Assembly: GCA_001789445.1 (NCBI GenBank)
Contig: MFZQ01000014.1
Span: 11,557 to 75,556, forward strand
DNA: 64,000 bases
Direction: 5' to 3'
Source: Candidatus Roizmanbacteria bacterium RIFCSPHIGHO2_02_FULL_40_13b
GTDB lineage: Bacteria; Patescibacteriota; Microgenomatia; UBA1406; HO2-37-13b
The position numbers were made by a program, and so were the translations under genes. Shown in pieces: positions 48,829 through 58,001 of the stretch (its first letter is position 1; each line of letters opens with the position of its first letter). The notes under the pieces are model-generated. The model was not told the DNA's origin. It worked only from the letters and a program-made list of their open reading frames with translations, and made no database searches.

Positions 48829-49578
48829 TCATGCTATAGTCCATCCGCCATCAATAACTAACGTCTGACCAGCTACAAAGCTTGATTCATCGCTTGCTAA
48901 ATAAACTGCTCCATATGCAATATCTGCTGGTATACCAACCCTTCCAACTGGAGTTTTACTTAAAAATCCCTGTTTTGCTTGCTCATTTTCTAAAAAAGGC
49001 TTGGTCATATCAGTATCAATAATACCCGGGGCGATAGCATTAACACAAATTCCTTTCGGAGCATAATCCAGGGCCATTTCACGAGTTAAATTAACTACTG
49101 CTCCTTTTGCGGCACAATATGCTGCCGACTTTTCAAATCCAAATAATCCTGCTATGGAGGCAATATTTATGATTTTTCCTTTTCCATTTTTAATCATATC
49201 GGGCAACACCGCTTTTGACATGAGATATACTCCTTTAGCATCGATATCCATAACTTTGTCCCATTCTTCCTCGCTTGTTGAAGTTACATCATCAGGAATA
49301 TAGACTCCTGCATTGTTTACAAGTATGTCAATTGAACCAAACTTTAACCGAACCGTACTAAGCATTTCTTGAATTTGTTTTTGTGAGGAAACATCAGTCA
49401 TACAGTACATCGCTTCTCCACCACTTCGATCTATTTCATCAACAACTTCTTTCAACGGTTTCTCTCGTCTACCACAAACAACAACTTGCGCACCTTCTCT
49501 AGCAAACATCCGAGCTATTTCGGCCCCAATTCCTGTTCCACCTCCTGTAATTAATGCAACTTTATGTTGTAATCTCAT
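48829..49578 (-). CDS. SDR-family oxidoreductase (FabG-like)
   Basis: TGGGTGIG Rossmann motif, NNAG, and the catalytic YCAAK motif. Confidence 0.85.
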   Translation of the reverse strand: MRLQHKVALITGGGTGIGAEIARMFAREGAQVVVCGRREKPLKEVVDEIDRSGGEAMYCMTDVSSQKQIQEMLSTVRLKFGSIDILVNNAGVYIPDDVTSTSEEEWDKVMDIDAKGVYLMSKAVLPDMIKNGKGKIINIASIAGLFGFEKSAAYCAAKGAVVNLTREMALDYAPKGICVNAIAPGIIDTDMTKPFLENEQAKQGFLSKTPVGRVGIPADIAYGAVYLASDESSFVAGQTLVIDGGWTIA

Positions 49579-49601
49579 ATTTTTTTCTCCTTCCTGATAG
49601 G

Positions 49602-49973
49602 CTAGCCTGAAACTTCAGCTTTTTGAGCATCCTCCTTTGTTACATGGATTGTTCCGTCTGCATGCTCTGGTGGCGAGTAAATTGTAAACAATTTTAAGTC
49701 CTCATCACCACTATTTTTAAAGTTGTGCACCGTTCCTGCTGGAACATATACAACATCATGCTCTTTAAGCATACGTAACTCTCCATTTATTGTTGCTTCA
49801 CACTCTCCATCGATAAAGTAAAGAATTTGATCAACTCCTCCGTGCGTTTCTTCGCCAATATCTTCTCCTACCGCAATACTCATTGCAACAATTTGGCTAT
49901 GCGTCCCCGTGTACAATACTTTTCTGAAATTAGCGTTTTCTTTTGTTAGTTTTTTAATATCTGTTGCAAACAT
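49602..49973 (-). CDS. Cupin-domain protein
   Basis: Cupin motifs GEETHGG...DGE and VPAGTVHNFKN. 123 aa. Confidence 0.6.
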   Translation of the reverse strand: MFATDIKKLTKENANFRKVLYTGTHSQIVAMSIAVGEDIGEETHGGVDQILYFIDGECEATINGELRMLKEHDVVYVPAGTVHNFKNSGDEDLKLFTIYSPPEHADGTIHVTKEDAQKAEVSG

Positions 49974-50093
49974 AGTTTTGCCTCACTTTCTCGTTAGTCA
50001 TATTGTGGACCCCGGAGGTTAAAAAAACAATGACCTTAATCATCTTTTTGTGATGATGTATTGTATCGATTTAGAATAGTTCTTATTATATAG

Positions 50094-50456
50094 TTGAGTC
50101 ATATGATTACAGTTTTACAGTCGGGGACATATGAACTCTTTGAAACAAAAGAACAGACTAAAATCCTAATTTTAGATAAAAAATATACATTTGCATGGGT
50201 AAGTATACGTGAAATTGGAGAAATTTTGGTAACTTCTCATAAAACGCATAAAACTGATACTACGCTTGCTCTGGGAAAATATCGATTATATGATGTAAAA
50301 GATGAACCAAAACTTTCTGATCAAATTCATCTTGAACTCGCACTAGGAGAAGGATTGTGGCAAGGATATTTGTTACCAACAGGTCTCCCAACAAATATAA
50401 AGAAAAGGAATCGAATAATCCCCACTATTGAAGTCATAACAAAATCAACTCATTGA
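50094..50456 (+). CDS. Hypothetical protein (120 aa)
   Basis: ORF only; no recognised motif. Confidence 0.3.
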   Translation: MSHMITVLQSGTYELFETKEQTKILILDKKYTFAWVSIREIGEILVTSHKTHKTDTTLALGKYRLYDVKDEPKLSDQIHLELALGEGLWQGYLLPTGLPTNIKKRNRIIPTIEVITKSTH

Positions 50457-51097
50457 TCTTTATGCAACTCCTGTTTTAACGAATGTAAGTCGTTAAGAAT
50501 CATCGTTTTGGCACTAAATGAAATAAGTTCTTTTTCTTTCAAATGTTTTAATTCTCTACTTACCGTTTCTTTGGTCATTCCAACTTGGGCGGCAAGCTGA
50601 CGATTTGTTATTATAATTTCCCATTTTCCGTTTTTCACGACGCCAAATCGTTTTGTATAAATGATGAGTTCTGTAATAAGCCGAGCATATGCATTTCCCG
50701 CCATTAAATATGTTATTTTCTGTGTTATTCCGTCTGTTCCTTTAAAAACTCGAGCTAGAAGATCATAGAGTACTTCTGGTTCATTTTTTATAAATGTAAT
50801 AACTTCTTTTTTAGGCGCTTTGTAAATATCAAGTTCTGTTATAGCTTCATAATAATATTCGTTTGGTGCGTCATTAATTGCCCATGACATCGGGAAAAAA
50901 GAAATTGGTTTGAAGATATTTACCACAAGTTCTTCTCCTTTTTGAGAAATAGCATATTCTTTAACAGAACCTTCTTTTAGATAAAAAATTCCTGATGGAG
51001 CTTCGTCCGCACGAATGAGGATCTCTCCTTTTTTATATGTCTGGTGTTGAAATTGAGTAAAAAAACGCTCAATTTTTTCAGCAAGTTGCGGGTTCAT
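50450..51097 (-). CDS. Crp/Fnr-family transcriptional regulator
   Basis: cNMP-binding beta-roll plus C-terminal HTH RQLAAQVGMTKETVSRELKHLKEKELI. Confidence 0.75.
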   Translation of the reverse strand: MNPQLAEKIERFFTQFQHQTYKKGEILIRADEAPSGIFYLKEGSVKEYAISQKGEELVVNIFKPISFFPMSWAINDAPNEYYYEAITELDIYKAPKKEVITFIKNEPEVLYDLLARVFKGTDGITQKITYLMAGNAYARLITELIIYTKRFGVVKNGKWEIIITNRQLAAQVGMTKETVSRELKHLKEKELISFSAKTMILNDLHSLKQELHKDQ

Positions 51098-51420
51098 AAA
51101 TCAGCCTCATTAATCAAAGAATAAATATCATATGCAACTTCATCATATGGATGAGCTTTTTTCATCACGGCGATAACTTCTTTTGCTCTTTCTTTGGCGC
51201 ACACAACCTCAATCCGCTCTTCTTCAACAACTTCAAGTTTTCCAACTTCCCCGGTAAAGGGCTTGGCACCTTGTAACGGCAAAAACCGTCCGACACCTTT
51301 TGATGAAAATGAAGAATGACTGTAGTTTCTGTATTGTCCAGCTCCGGCATCCCCCATCGCACGTCGAACAACGTCAGTATGAGAAAGTGGAACGAAGACA
51401 ACGATTTTTACGAGGTTCAT
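51094..51420 (-). CDS. PII/CutA-like fold protein (COG3323-like, Nif3-insert-domain-like)
   Basis: VKIVVFVP...AGAGQYRNY...GRFLPLQGAKPFTGEVGKLEVVEEERIEVVC...AHPYDEVAYDIYSL pattern. Confidence 0.4.
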   Translation of the reverse strand: MNLVKIVVFVPLSHTDVVRRAMGDAGAGQYRNYSHSSFSSKGVGRFLPLQGAKPFTGEVGKLEVVEEERIEVVCAKERAKEVIAVMKKAHPYDEVAYDIYSLINEADL

Positions 51421-51455
51421 GAGGAGATTATATCAAATTAAGATGCGGGAACGCT

Positions 51456-51980
51456 TTATCTAGCGTGTGGCTCGAATGGGTAAAATCTTCGTCCTAAAAA
51501 AGCATCGACTGAAAAATCAGTTATGCCATTTCTTTTTCCCCATAAAGCATATGCTAATAACCGGTGATTCCCATCAAGCGCATACGTTGTATGAGTAAGG
51601 GGATTTCTCCCTCGAACAAGAAGTAATGGACGAAACTTGCCACCAGTTCCCAAAAAATCAACGAGGTCGTCAATGTGGTTACTAAAATCCGTTGGTAATA
51701 AACTACCTTTCTCGTAGTACATTTGCACGACTGATGAAATTTTTCTCTGTCTACCGTTATCTGTTAAAAGTCTTGTTGCGATTTGACTTGGACCAGTAGG
51801 TTCGTAAAACCAATTGACGTCTTGAAGCTGGGAGATTGTCGGAGTATATATGTTCCAATGATAGGTAGCTATTTCTTTTTTTAAGATCTCTGTATCTTTA
51901 TCATCGGGTACCAACACCGCTCGCTCAACATCTGCACTACTTACTGCATGATTTTCAAGACCAGGTTGTGCAATTTCCAT
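51456..51980 (-). CDS. Hypothetical protein with a ParB/sulfiredoxin-like motif
   Basis: ALDGNHRLLAYAL resembles the ParB/Srx DGHHR motif. Otherwise unrecognised. Confidence 0.35.
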   Translation of the reverse strand: MEIAQPGLENHAVSSADVERAVLVPDDKDTEILKKEIATYHWNIYTPTISQLQDVNWFYEPTGPSQIATRLLTDNGRQRKISSVVQMYYEKGSLLPTDFSNHIDDLVDFLGTGGKFRPLLLVRGRNPLTHTTYALDGNHRLLAYALWGKRNGITDFSVDAFLGRRFYPFEPHAR

Positions 51981-52048
51981 AAGAAATTATATCATTTTCA
52001 GAGCGTTCGAGCTATCGAGATATCCCAAACCACTCCCGGGGTGGGAGA

Positions 52049-52666
52049 TTACGGCATCGTTTCGACCATCATTTTGTAATAGACTTGACGGGTAAGCTCG
52101 ACATCTTTCATACAATACACGCAGATTTCCTCTATCTTCCCTTCTTGAAAATATGGCCAGACTTGCGACCCATCCATAACATCTTTTGACGTTGGAAATC
52201 CAAATACTTTGGCCAAGGTATCGAGCTTTACATTTTTTCCATACCCCCATTTTCCCCACTCGCTCATCGTATCAAAAAACGGCATACTGCGATATTTGGC
52301 AAATGAAAGCTCAAGGCGCGGTTTGACTCCATGAATGATGGAGCGCTGATAGATGAAGGGAAGGTCAAACTCAAAAATATTGTGTCCGATAAATTGATAG
52401 ACATCTGCGGCAATTCTCCAAAAATCGGAGAGCATTTGTTTTTCATCCCCTTTCAAAACACCTCTTTCTATTTGAGAACCTTCTTTGATGTATCCAATGC
52501 AACAAATACGACCAAATGTACCATCAAACGATGTTTTGGCAATCAGCTCATCAACCTTCTCAACTATAAGACCTTCGCCATCTTTCTTACTTTTGATTTC
52601 CAGATATAAATTCTTCATCGACTCATCAACCGGAATTGTTTCGATGTCAAAAAAGAGTTTTGTCAT
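52049..52666 (-). CDS. DEDD-family 3'-5' exonuclease (RNase H-like; PolB-exo-like)
   Basis: Exo I motif LFFDIETIP, with further acidic motifs (HNIFEFD, YCMKD). Confidence 0.6.
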   Translation of the reverse strand: MTKLFFDIETIPVDESMKNLYLEIKSKKDGEGLIVEKVDELIAKTSFDGTFGRICCIGYIKEGSQIERGVLKGDEKQMLSDFWRIAADVYQFIGHNIFEFDLPFIYQRSIIHGVKPRLELSFAKYRSMPFFDTMSEWGKWGYGKNVKLDTLAKVFGFPTSKDVMDGSQVWPYFQEGKIEEICVYCMKDVELTRQVYYKMMVETMP

Positions 52667-52750
52667 GGGGGTATTGTATATGCTAATTGCTATTTTGTCT
52701 ACAGTATATATGCAACATTTTGTGCGTAAGGTAGGCAGAATATAGATGAA

Positions 52751-52963
52751 TCAGGGGCAGGGGGCGAACTGGCAATTTGGACCACTCCGGCCGACAGCGG
52801 ATCCATCGGGACAAAGCTTTGCTTCCATAGTACAAGCTATTTGACCTTGTCCTTGCCAGGGGAAAATGTAACACCAGTCATCTTCACAGCCCCACGTAAT
52901 TAGCACTACGAGTAGAATTACTACAGCCACAACTACCATCACCACCACTCTCATGATATTCAT
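52751..52963 (-). CDS. Small secreted or membrane-anchored cysteine-rich peptide (70 aa, 6 Cys in the mature part)
   Basis: An N-terminal hydrophobic segment followed by CEDDWCYIFPWQGQGQIACTMEAKLCPDGSAVGRSGPNCQFAPCP. Local GC is higher than in the flanks. Confidence 0.35.
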   Translation of the reverse strand: MNIMRVVVMVVVAVVILLVVLITWGCEDDWCYIFPWQGQGQIACTMEAKLCPDGSAVGRSGPNCQFAPCP

Positions 52964-53019
52964 ACCAATATTTTAGCATTTTGACGGGTGAGAATTTTAG
53001 TGTCAAAAATTATGAACCA

Positions 53020-53646
53020 TCAAGGTTGGGAAATATTTTTTTGAACATTAGAGTTCTTCAAAACTTTGACTGGTTTATCCCCGTCTGCAGGATCAATAAT
53101 GCCTGCAATTTCAAGTGCATCAATGAGACCTGCTGCACGTGCATACCCAATACTAAGCTTTCTTTGTAAAAGTGGTGTAGAAACTTTTCCAAATTCTTGT
53201 GCTAATCTTACCGCATCATCATATACTGGGTCAGTTTTAGGATTAAGAATCTCCCGAGGTTTTGCGCCATCAACCGGACTTACGATTCCTCTTTTTTCCA
53301 TCATATCTACTAACTTTGAAGCTCTGGCATATCCAATATCTAGTTTTCTCTGTAGTAATGAAGTTGATACTTTCCCTGCCTGCATAATTGCAATCACTGC
53401 TTTGGAGTACAGGGGATCAAAATTAACATCAAGATCATCTTCTGTTTGATCTATAAATTGTTCTTCTGTAGTTGGATTAAGTCGGGAAGTAAGAATTTGA
53501 ACTGTTCTATTGAGATCAGAAATTTTCTCCTCATTTTTTTCTTGCAATTCTCGTGAAGTACTTTCGAGCCTCCATACCTCATACAAAAGGTACACTAGTA
53601 ATGCAAATATGAGAAACAAAGTAATTTGGGTAACAGTCATAACCAT
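53020..53646 (-). CDS. Membrane-anchored protein with two tandem FtsK-gamma (KOPS-binding winged-helix) domains and no motor domain
   Basis: N-terminal TM plus coiled coil, then two repeats: DPLYSKAVIAIMQAGKVSTSLLQRKLDIGYARASKLVDMMEKRGIVSPVDGAKPREIL and DPVYDDAVRLAQEFGKVSTPLLQRKLSIGYARAAGLIDALEIAGIIDPADGDKPVKVL. Both match the ftsK C-terminus at 25909-26100. Confidence 0.65.
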   Translation of the reverse strand: MVMTVTQITLFLIFALLVYLLYEVWRLESTSRELQEKNEEKISDLNRTVQILTSRLNPTTEEQFIDQTEDDLDVNFDPLYSKAVIAIMQAGKVSTSLLQRKLDIGYARASKLVDMMEKRGIVSPVDGAKPREILNPKTDPVYDDAVRLAQEFGKVSTPLLQRKLSIGYARAAGLIDALEIAGIIDPADGDKPVKVLKNSNVQKNISQP

Positions 53647-53734
53647 TTATTCAAATGGGTAGTTGGGATAAGTATAGCATAGTGAGGGGTGGATTTTTGG
53701 ATAAGAGGGGTGTAGATCATGGGTAAAATCAAGT

Positions 53735-56047
53735 TCATAAATAAGCTGCCTTAGCATATAAATCTTTCTGGAACGCAAAAAAAATTGATCGGATATCCTC
53801 TACACTTCCAAGTGATTGTTCGGCATTAGCAATGGCATGATATTTTATATTTAATAATATTGGCAACATTTCTTCATCAAGTTCTTCGACCCCTTTTTCT
53901 TCGTATTTTGACAGCACAAAATCTAAAAATTCTTTTTGTTTTTCATCGAGTCCCTCAAAAATTTTGTCCTTTGATTGTGCTATTCTTTGTGTTCTTGAAA
54001 TCGGCTGTGTTAAGAATGAAATATATGTTAAAACGTCAAATAAATCACTTTGCTCAGCATCGATCAATTTTTGCAATGTTTCTAATTCATCTTTACCATA
54101 ACCTCTTTCAGCAATCTTTTCTAAGAATGCTTTGCGTGTGGTTGGGTTTGACCAAATTTTTCTTAACTCTTCCTCATTCTTAAAAAAGTCTGGCAAGACA
54201 CCGAACATATTATCCATAAACTCATTTACAGAGATTGGCTTTCCATCAGGACCCCAAAATGATGTAGAAATCATATGTTTTATCTCACGTTCTTTACCAT
54301 CTCGTAATTTTATTTTTAATTTTTCCTTTGGTTCCACTTGATCTTTGTCACCAATAACTAAACTCTGATCATTAACTGGCTCCGGATATTTAATTACCTT
54401 TGGCTCGCTCTCTGCTGTATCATCTACGGGTTCCCCGTCCCATTCCGAATCAGAAAAATGATGATAAGCATCAACAAAATCAAAAATTGTAAAATATTCT
54501 TTACCATCAAAAAGTCTCGTCCCACGACCAATAATTTGTTTAAACTCAATTATAGAATTGACTGGCCGCATCAAAACAATATTGCGAATATTACGTGCAT
54601 CAACACCGGTTGAAAGCTTTTGTGATGTGGTTAAAATAGTGGGAATTGTTTTTTCATTATCTTGAAACTCTCGTAAAAATTGCTCACCTCGAAATCCATC
54701 GTTTGCTGTCACTCGCACACAATAATTTGGATCTCTACTGTCTTTCATTTGATTTACCAAATCACGAATTGCCAAAGCGTGGTCTTGTGTTGCACAAAAT
54801 ATAATCGTTTCTTCGTTTTGATTTATTTCGTCCAAGATTATGCGAACTCGTTTAGCTTCGCGTTCTTTAATAAAAATAATTTTATTAAAGTCGGGTTCTT
54901 CATAAATTTTGCCTTCCTCTACTTCTCCTTCAATTATTTGATCATCAGAAACGTACATATAGTCATCAAGAGTCGTTTTGATTCTTTTGACTTTAAATGG
55001 TGTTAAAAACCCATCGTTTACGCCTTCCTTGAGTGAATAAATATAGACTGGTTCGCCAAAATATTTATACGTATCTACGTTATCTTTTCGCTTTGGTGTA
55101 GCTGTTAATCCTAGTTGAACAGCTGGCGAAAAATATTCCAAAATCCCCCGCCAATTACTTTCATCGTTAGCGCCACCTCGATGACATTCGTCGATAATAA
55201 TAAAATCAAAAAAATCGGATGGGTAATCACCAAAATAAGGAGTACCGTTTGAACCACTCATAAACGTTTGGAAGATTGTAAAAAAAATACTTCCGCTCAT
55301 TGGCACAGCGCCTCTTCTTCTAATATCCAATGGATTGATTCGTACAAGCGCGTCTTCGTCAAAAGCAGAAAAAGCATTAAATGCTTGATCAGCTAATATA
55401 TTTCTGTCTGCCAAAAATAAAATTCTTGGCCGACGTGTACTATCACGTTTTAAATTCCATCGGGTCTGAAACAGTTTCCAAGCAATCTGAAAAGCTACGG
55501 CCGTTTTTCCGGTTCCAGTTGCCATAGTCAAAAGAATTCTGTTTTTTTCTTCAGCTACCGCGTTTAAAACATTATTAATGGCAATTTCTTGATAATAGCG
55601 GCTGCCATATTCGCCCTCATTTGGCACACGGGCAAATTTTTCTTTCCATTCATTTTGATCCGAATAGGTCTTGTTCCACAGCTCATCTGGAGTGGGAAAA
55701 TTGACAACTGGTCCTTCATGTCCAGTTTTCATGGACATTTCATAAATCTCACGGCCATTAGATGAATACGTAAAATCAATATGCATTTTTCCGGCATATG
55801 CTTTAGCCTGAGCAACTCCCTCACCACATTCTTGATCTTCAGCTTTAGCTTCAATCACACCAATTTTGTGATTTTTATACACAAAAATATAGTCAGCTAT
55901 CTCTGGCTTGCTCCTAGTTCCACCAATTTGGATTTTACCATCAGTAATCCGAAATTCTCGAAGAACTTTTGATCCCTCGACAACTCCCCACCCGCTCGCT
56001 TTAAGCTTTGGATCAATAAGTTCTGCCCGTGTTTCCGCTTCGTTCAT
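53735..56047 (-). CDS. hsdR: Type I restriction enzyme R subunit HsdR
   Basis: N-terminus MNEAETRAELIDPKLKASGW, Walker A MATGTGKT, DECH box and helicase motifs. 770 aa. Confidence 0.9.
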   Translation of the reverse strand: MNEAETRAELIDPKLKASGWGVVEGSKVLREFRITDGKIQIGGTRSKPEIADYIFVYKNHKIGVIEAKAEDQECGEGVAQAKAYAGKMHIDFTYSSNGREIYEMSMKTGHEGPVVNFPTPDELWNKTYSDQNEWKEKFARVPNEGEYGSRYYQEIAINNVLNAVAEEKNRILLTMATGTGKTAVAFQIAWKLFQTRWNLKRDSTRRPRILFLADRNILADQAFNAFSAFDEDALVRINPLDIRRRGAVPMSGSIFFTIFQTFMSGSNGTPYFGDYPSDFFDFIIIDECHRGGANDESNWRGILEYFSPAVQLGLTATPKRKDNVDTYKYFGEPVYIYSLKEGVNDGFLTPFKVKRIKTTLDDYMYVSDDQIIEGEVEEGKIYEEPDFNKIIFIKEREAKRVRIILDEINQNEETIIFCATQDHALAIRDLVNQMKDSRDPNYCVRVTANDGFRGEQFLREFQDNEKTIPTILTTSQKLSTGVDARNIRNIVLMRPVNSIIEFKQIIGRGTRLFDGKEYFTIFDFVDAYHHFSDSEWDGEPVDDTAESEPKVIKYPEPVNDQSLVIGDKDQVEPKEKLKIKLRDGKEREIKHMISTSFWGPDGKPISVNEFMDNMFGVLPDFFKNEEELRKIWSNPTTRKAFLEKIAERGYGKDELETLQKLIDAEQSDLFDVLTYISFLTQPISRTQRIAQSKDKIFEGLDEKQKEFLDFVLSKYEEKGVEELDEEMLPILLNIKYHAIANAEQSLGSVEDIRSIFFAFQKDLYAKAAYL

Positions 56048-56059
56048 ACAATAATTTTA

Positions 56060-56590
56060 CTATGTAAAGAGCTTTTTAACCTCTTTTGCCACTGAAAAAA
56101 CAAATTCAAGATCTGCTTTTGTGTAATCTTTAATCTCTTTATGTATGCCAATATGCTGTTCGTTTCTCAATTGTCTAACTCTATCGATTTTTTTAAATAA
56201 TTCATCTTCTATGCAGTCTTTAGCTTTCAAAAAATTATTAATATTGCCCAGATTAAGTTTTTCAAATTTTATTTTTTCAGGATTTTTCATGTAATCTCCA
56301 GCTATAATTTGATGACTATCAGTAACTTCGTGTAATACTATTTTATTTGTGAAATCCCATTTGTAGATTACCAAATCTTCTTTTGTATATTTCTTCTCCA
56401 ATAGATATAAAAGCAATGCCTCAATAATTGATGCTGTGTAAATAATTACAGTTTTTCTAAAACTGCTTTTGGCTAAGTCACTATAACTCTTTGATTCTGA
56501 AAATGGAATTAGATCAAGAATATGATTAAAGGCAATATCAAGATTTTCTCTCAAAACTAAGTCGCTAACAAAGGGGAAGTTACTAGCCAT
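56060..56590 (-). CDS. Hypothetical protein inserted between hsdS and hsdR; possible HEPN-like (R-x3-6-H) motif
   Basis: 176 aa, alpha-helical, C-terminal RVRQLRNEQHIG. No confident family. Confidence 0.3.
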   Translation of the reverse strand: MASNFPFVSDLVLRENLDIAFNHILDLIPFSESKSYSDLAKSSFRKTVIIYTASIIEALLLYLLEKKYTKEDLVIYKWDFTNKIVLHEVTDSHQIIAGDYMKNPEKIKFEKLNLGNINNFLKAKDCIEDELFKKIDRVRQLRNEQHIGIHKEIKDYTKADLEFVFSVAKEVKKLFT

Positions 56591-56594
56591 AGTC

Positions 56595-56789
56595 TCAAGG
56601 CTTGAGCATCTCAGAAAGAGATCTGTATCCTTTTTGTTTTAAATAATTACCAAGCTTCATATTTGATTTTACTCCCAAATCAATGCCATATTTTTTTTCA
56701 ATTGTTCCGACTTTTGTATCAAACCTTTTTGGAGTGAACTGACCCTTGTTATTCTTAGCTCGCGAGGTCTTTGTTTGTTTTGTATTCAT
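56595..56789 (-). CDS. Small basic protein (64 aa)
   Basis: Lys-rich with pI well above 10. Lies in the R-M operon between hsdS and the HEPN-like gene. Confidence 0.3.
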   Translation of the reverse strand: MNTKQTKTSRAKNNKGQFTPKRFDTKVGTIEKKYGIDLGVKSNMKLGNYLKQKGYRSLSEMLKP

Positions 56790-56822
56790 AGATTTATTAT
56801 ACCAGCTTTAAAGTAAACTCCA

Positions 56823-58001
56823 TCACAATTCTCCGGCAAACGCCTTCCTGAGCACAGATTTCTTCATCTCCTCCAAATCAGCCAATTTTTGTTTATAAAT
56901 AACTTCCAGTTTTTTAGTCTCAGCCGAAAGCGCATCAAGTTTGATAACAATAGATTTTTGTTCGGAAATATTAGGCATTGGAATAACAAAATCTAAAACC
57001 AAATTCATATTCGCTCTTGGCATTCTGGCTCCTGTCCATGTAGCATTTATTTGTTTAACTGTTTCTTTGGAAATAAGCCAATAAAATAAAAAATTTCTGT
57101 AAAGGTTTTTATTAGGCTTGATAGGGAAAATCTCTGTTGAACAATGACCTTCAAAGTTTGGTAATAGCACTTTATTGAGATATGGTCTTAGTCTTCCATA
57201 TAAAACATGCTCACCACTAAAATGGAAAGTATTGCTTTTTACTTTCAATGGATTCAACGAGCCAAGAAATTTACCAGTATTAGATTCTATATCTTCAAGT
57301 CCAACATACGGCAGATTTGTTTTTTTGTACGGAGTTTTATCATATTTACACACCTCATCCAAGGTATTCTCCTCCCAATCTTTCCCCGGATTAGCAAAAA
57401 CACTCTGCAAATATGATTCAAAAAGCTCTTTGGAGTTTTGAAGATTTTTTTCAGTGTTTTCTTTCGCCTTCGCCACTTTCCCAAAAACCTCATCTAGTTT
57501 TTTTACAATTCGTGTTTGCTCACTGAATGATGGCAACGGTGCCTCAATATCTTTATATGCCTGCATATTTAGATTCCTTATACCAGTTGAGTGACTTTGC
57601 ATTCTCTCTGTTATGCCAGATATATAAGAATAAAATAGAAACTTATGTAGGAAATTAAAATCCAACTCACTTTGATCTTTAATTCTGATCACAGATGTAA
57701 AATTACTAAAAGAAAACTCGCCATCTTTTTTATTAAAAATAATGACACGTCCAACTGGCTGTTTCGGTCCACCCCCTGATTTCTCCAGAACAATATCGCC
57801 ATACATCAGTTTACGATTTGCAAATTGCTTTTTCTCAACATCTAAATAAGCTACGTCAGAGTCGTCTAAACGGCCATCTTTAGTAATGTTTGTATTACGA
57901 ATCACACCAATATTTATATATGGTGGTTCTTTTCCTTTCCATAGGCCGTTATAGAAATCACAGGTCTCACTAAGTTTTTTGGTTTGCCAATTATTTTTCA
58001 T
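56823..58001 (-). CDS. hsdS: Type I R-M specificity subunit HsdS
   Basis: Two target-recognition domains separated and followed by conserved coiled regions. 392 aa. Flanked by hsdM and hsdR. Confidence 0.85.
   Translation of the reverse strand: MKNNWQTKKLSETCDFYNGLWKGKEPPYINIGVIRNTNITKDGRLDDSDVAYLDVEKKQFANRKLMYGDIVLEKSGGGPKQPVGRVIIFNKKDGEFSFSNFTSVIRIKDQSELDFNFLHKFLFYSYISGITERMQSHSTGIRNLNMQAYKDIEAPLPSFSEQTRIVKKLDEVFGKVAKAKENTEKNLQNSKELFESYLQSVFANPGKDWEENTLDEVCKYDKTPYKKTNLPYVGLEDIESNTGKFLGSLNPLKVKSNTFHFSGEHVLYGRLRPYLNKVLLPNFEGHCSTEIFPIKPNKNLYRNFLFYWLISKETVKQINATWTGARMPRANMNLVLDFVIPMPNISEQKSIVIKLDALSAETKKLEVIYKQKLADLEEMKKSVLRKAFAGEL

Noticed and set aside
51987-52259. 90 aa ORF overlapping the 3' end of the exonuclease gene
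   Set aside because: It overlaps a motif-bearing gene on the same strand in another frame. No features.
53066-53449. 127 aa ORF antisense within the tandem FtsK-gamma gene
   Set aside because: It is antisense to a gene with two clear domain repeats. Ser/Ala-rich artefact.
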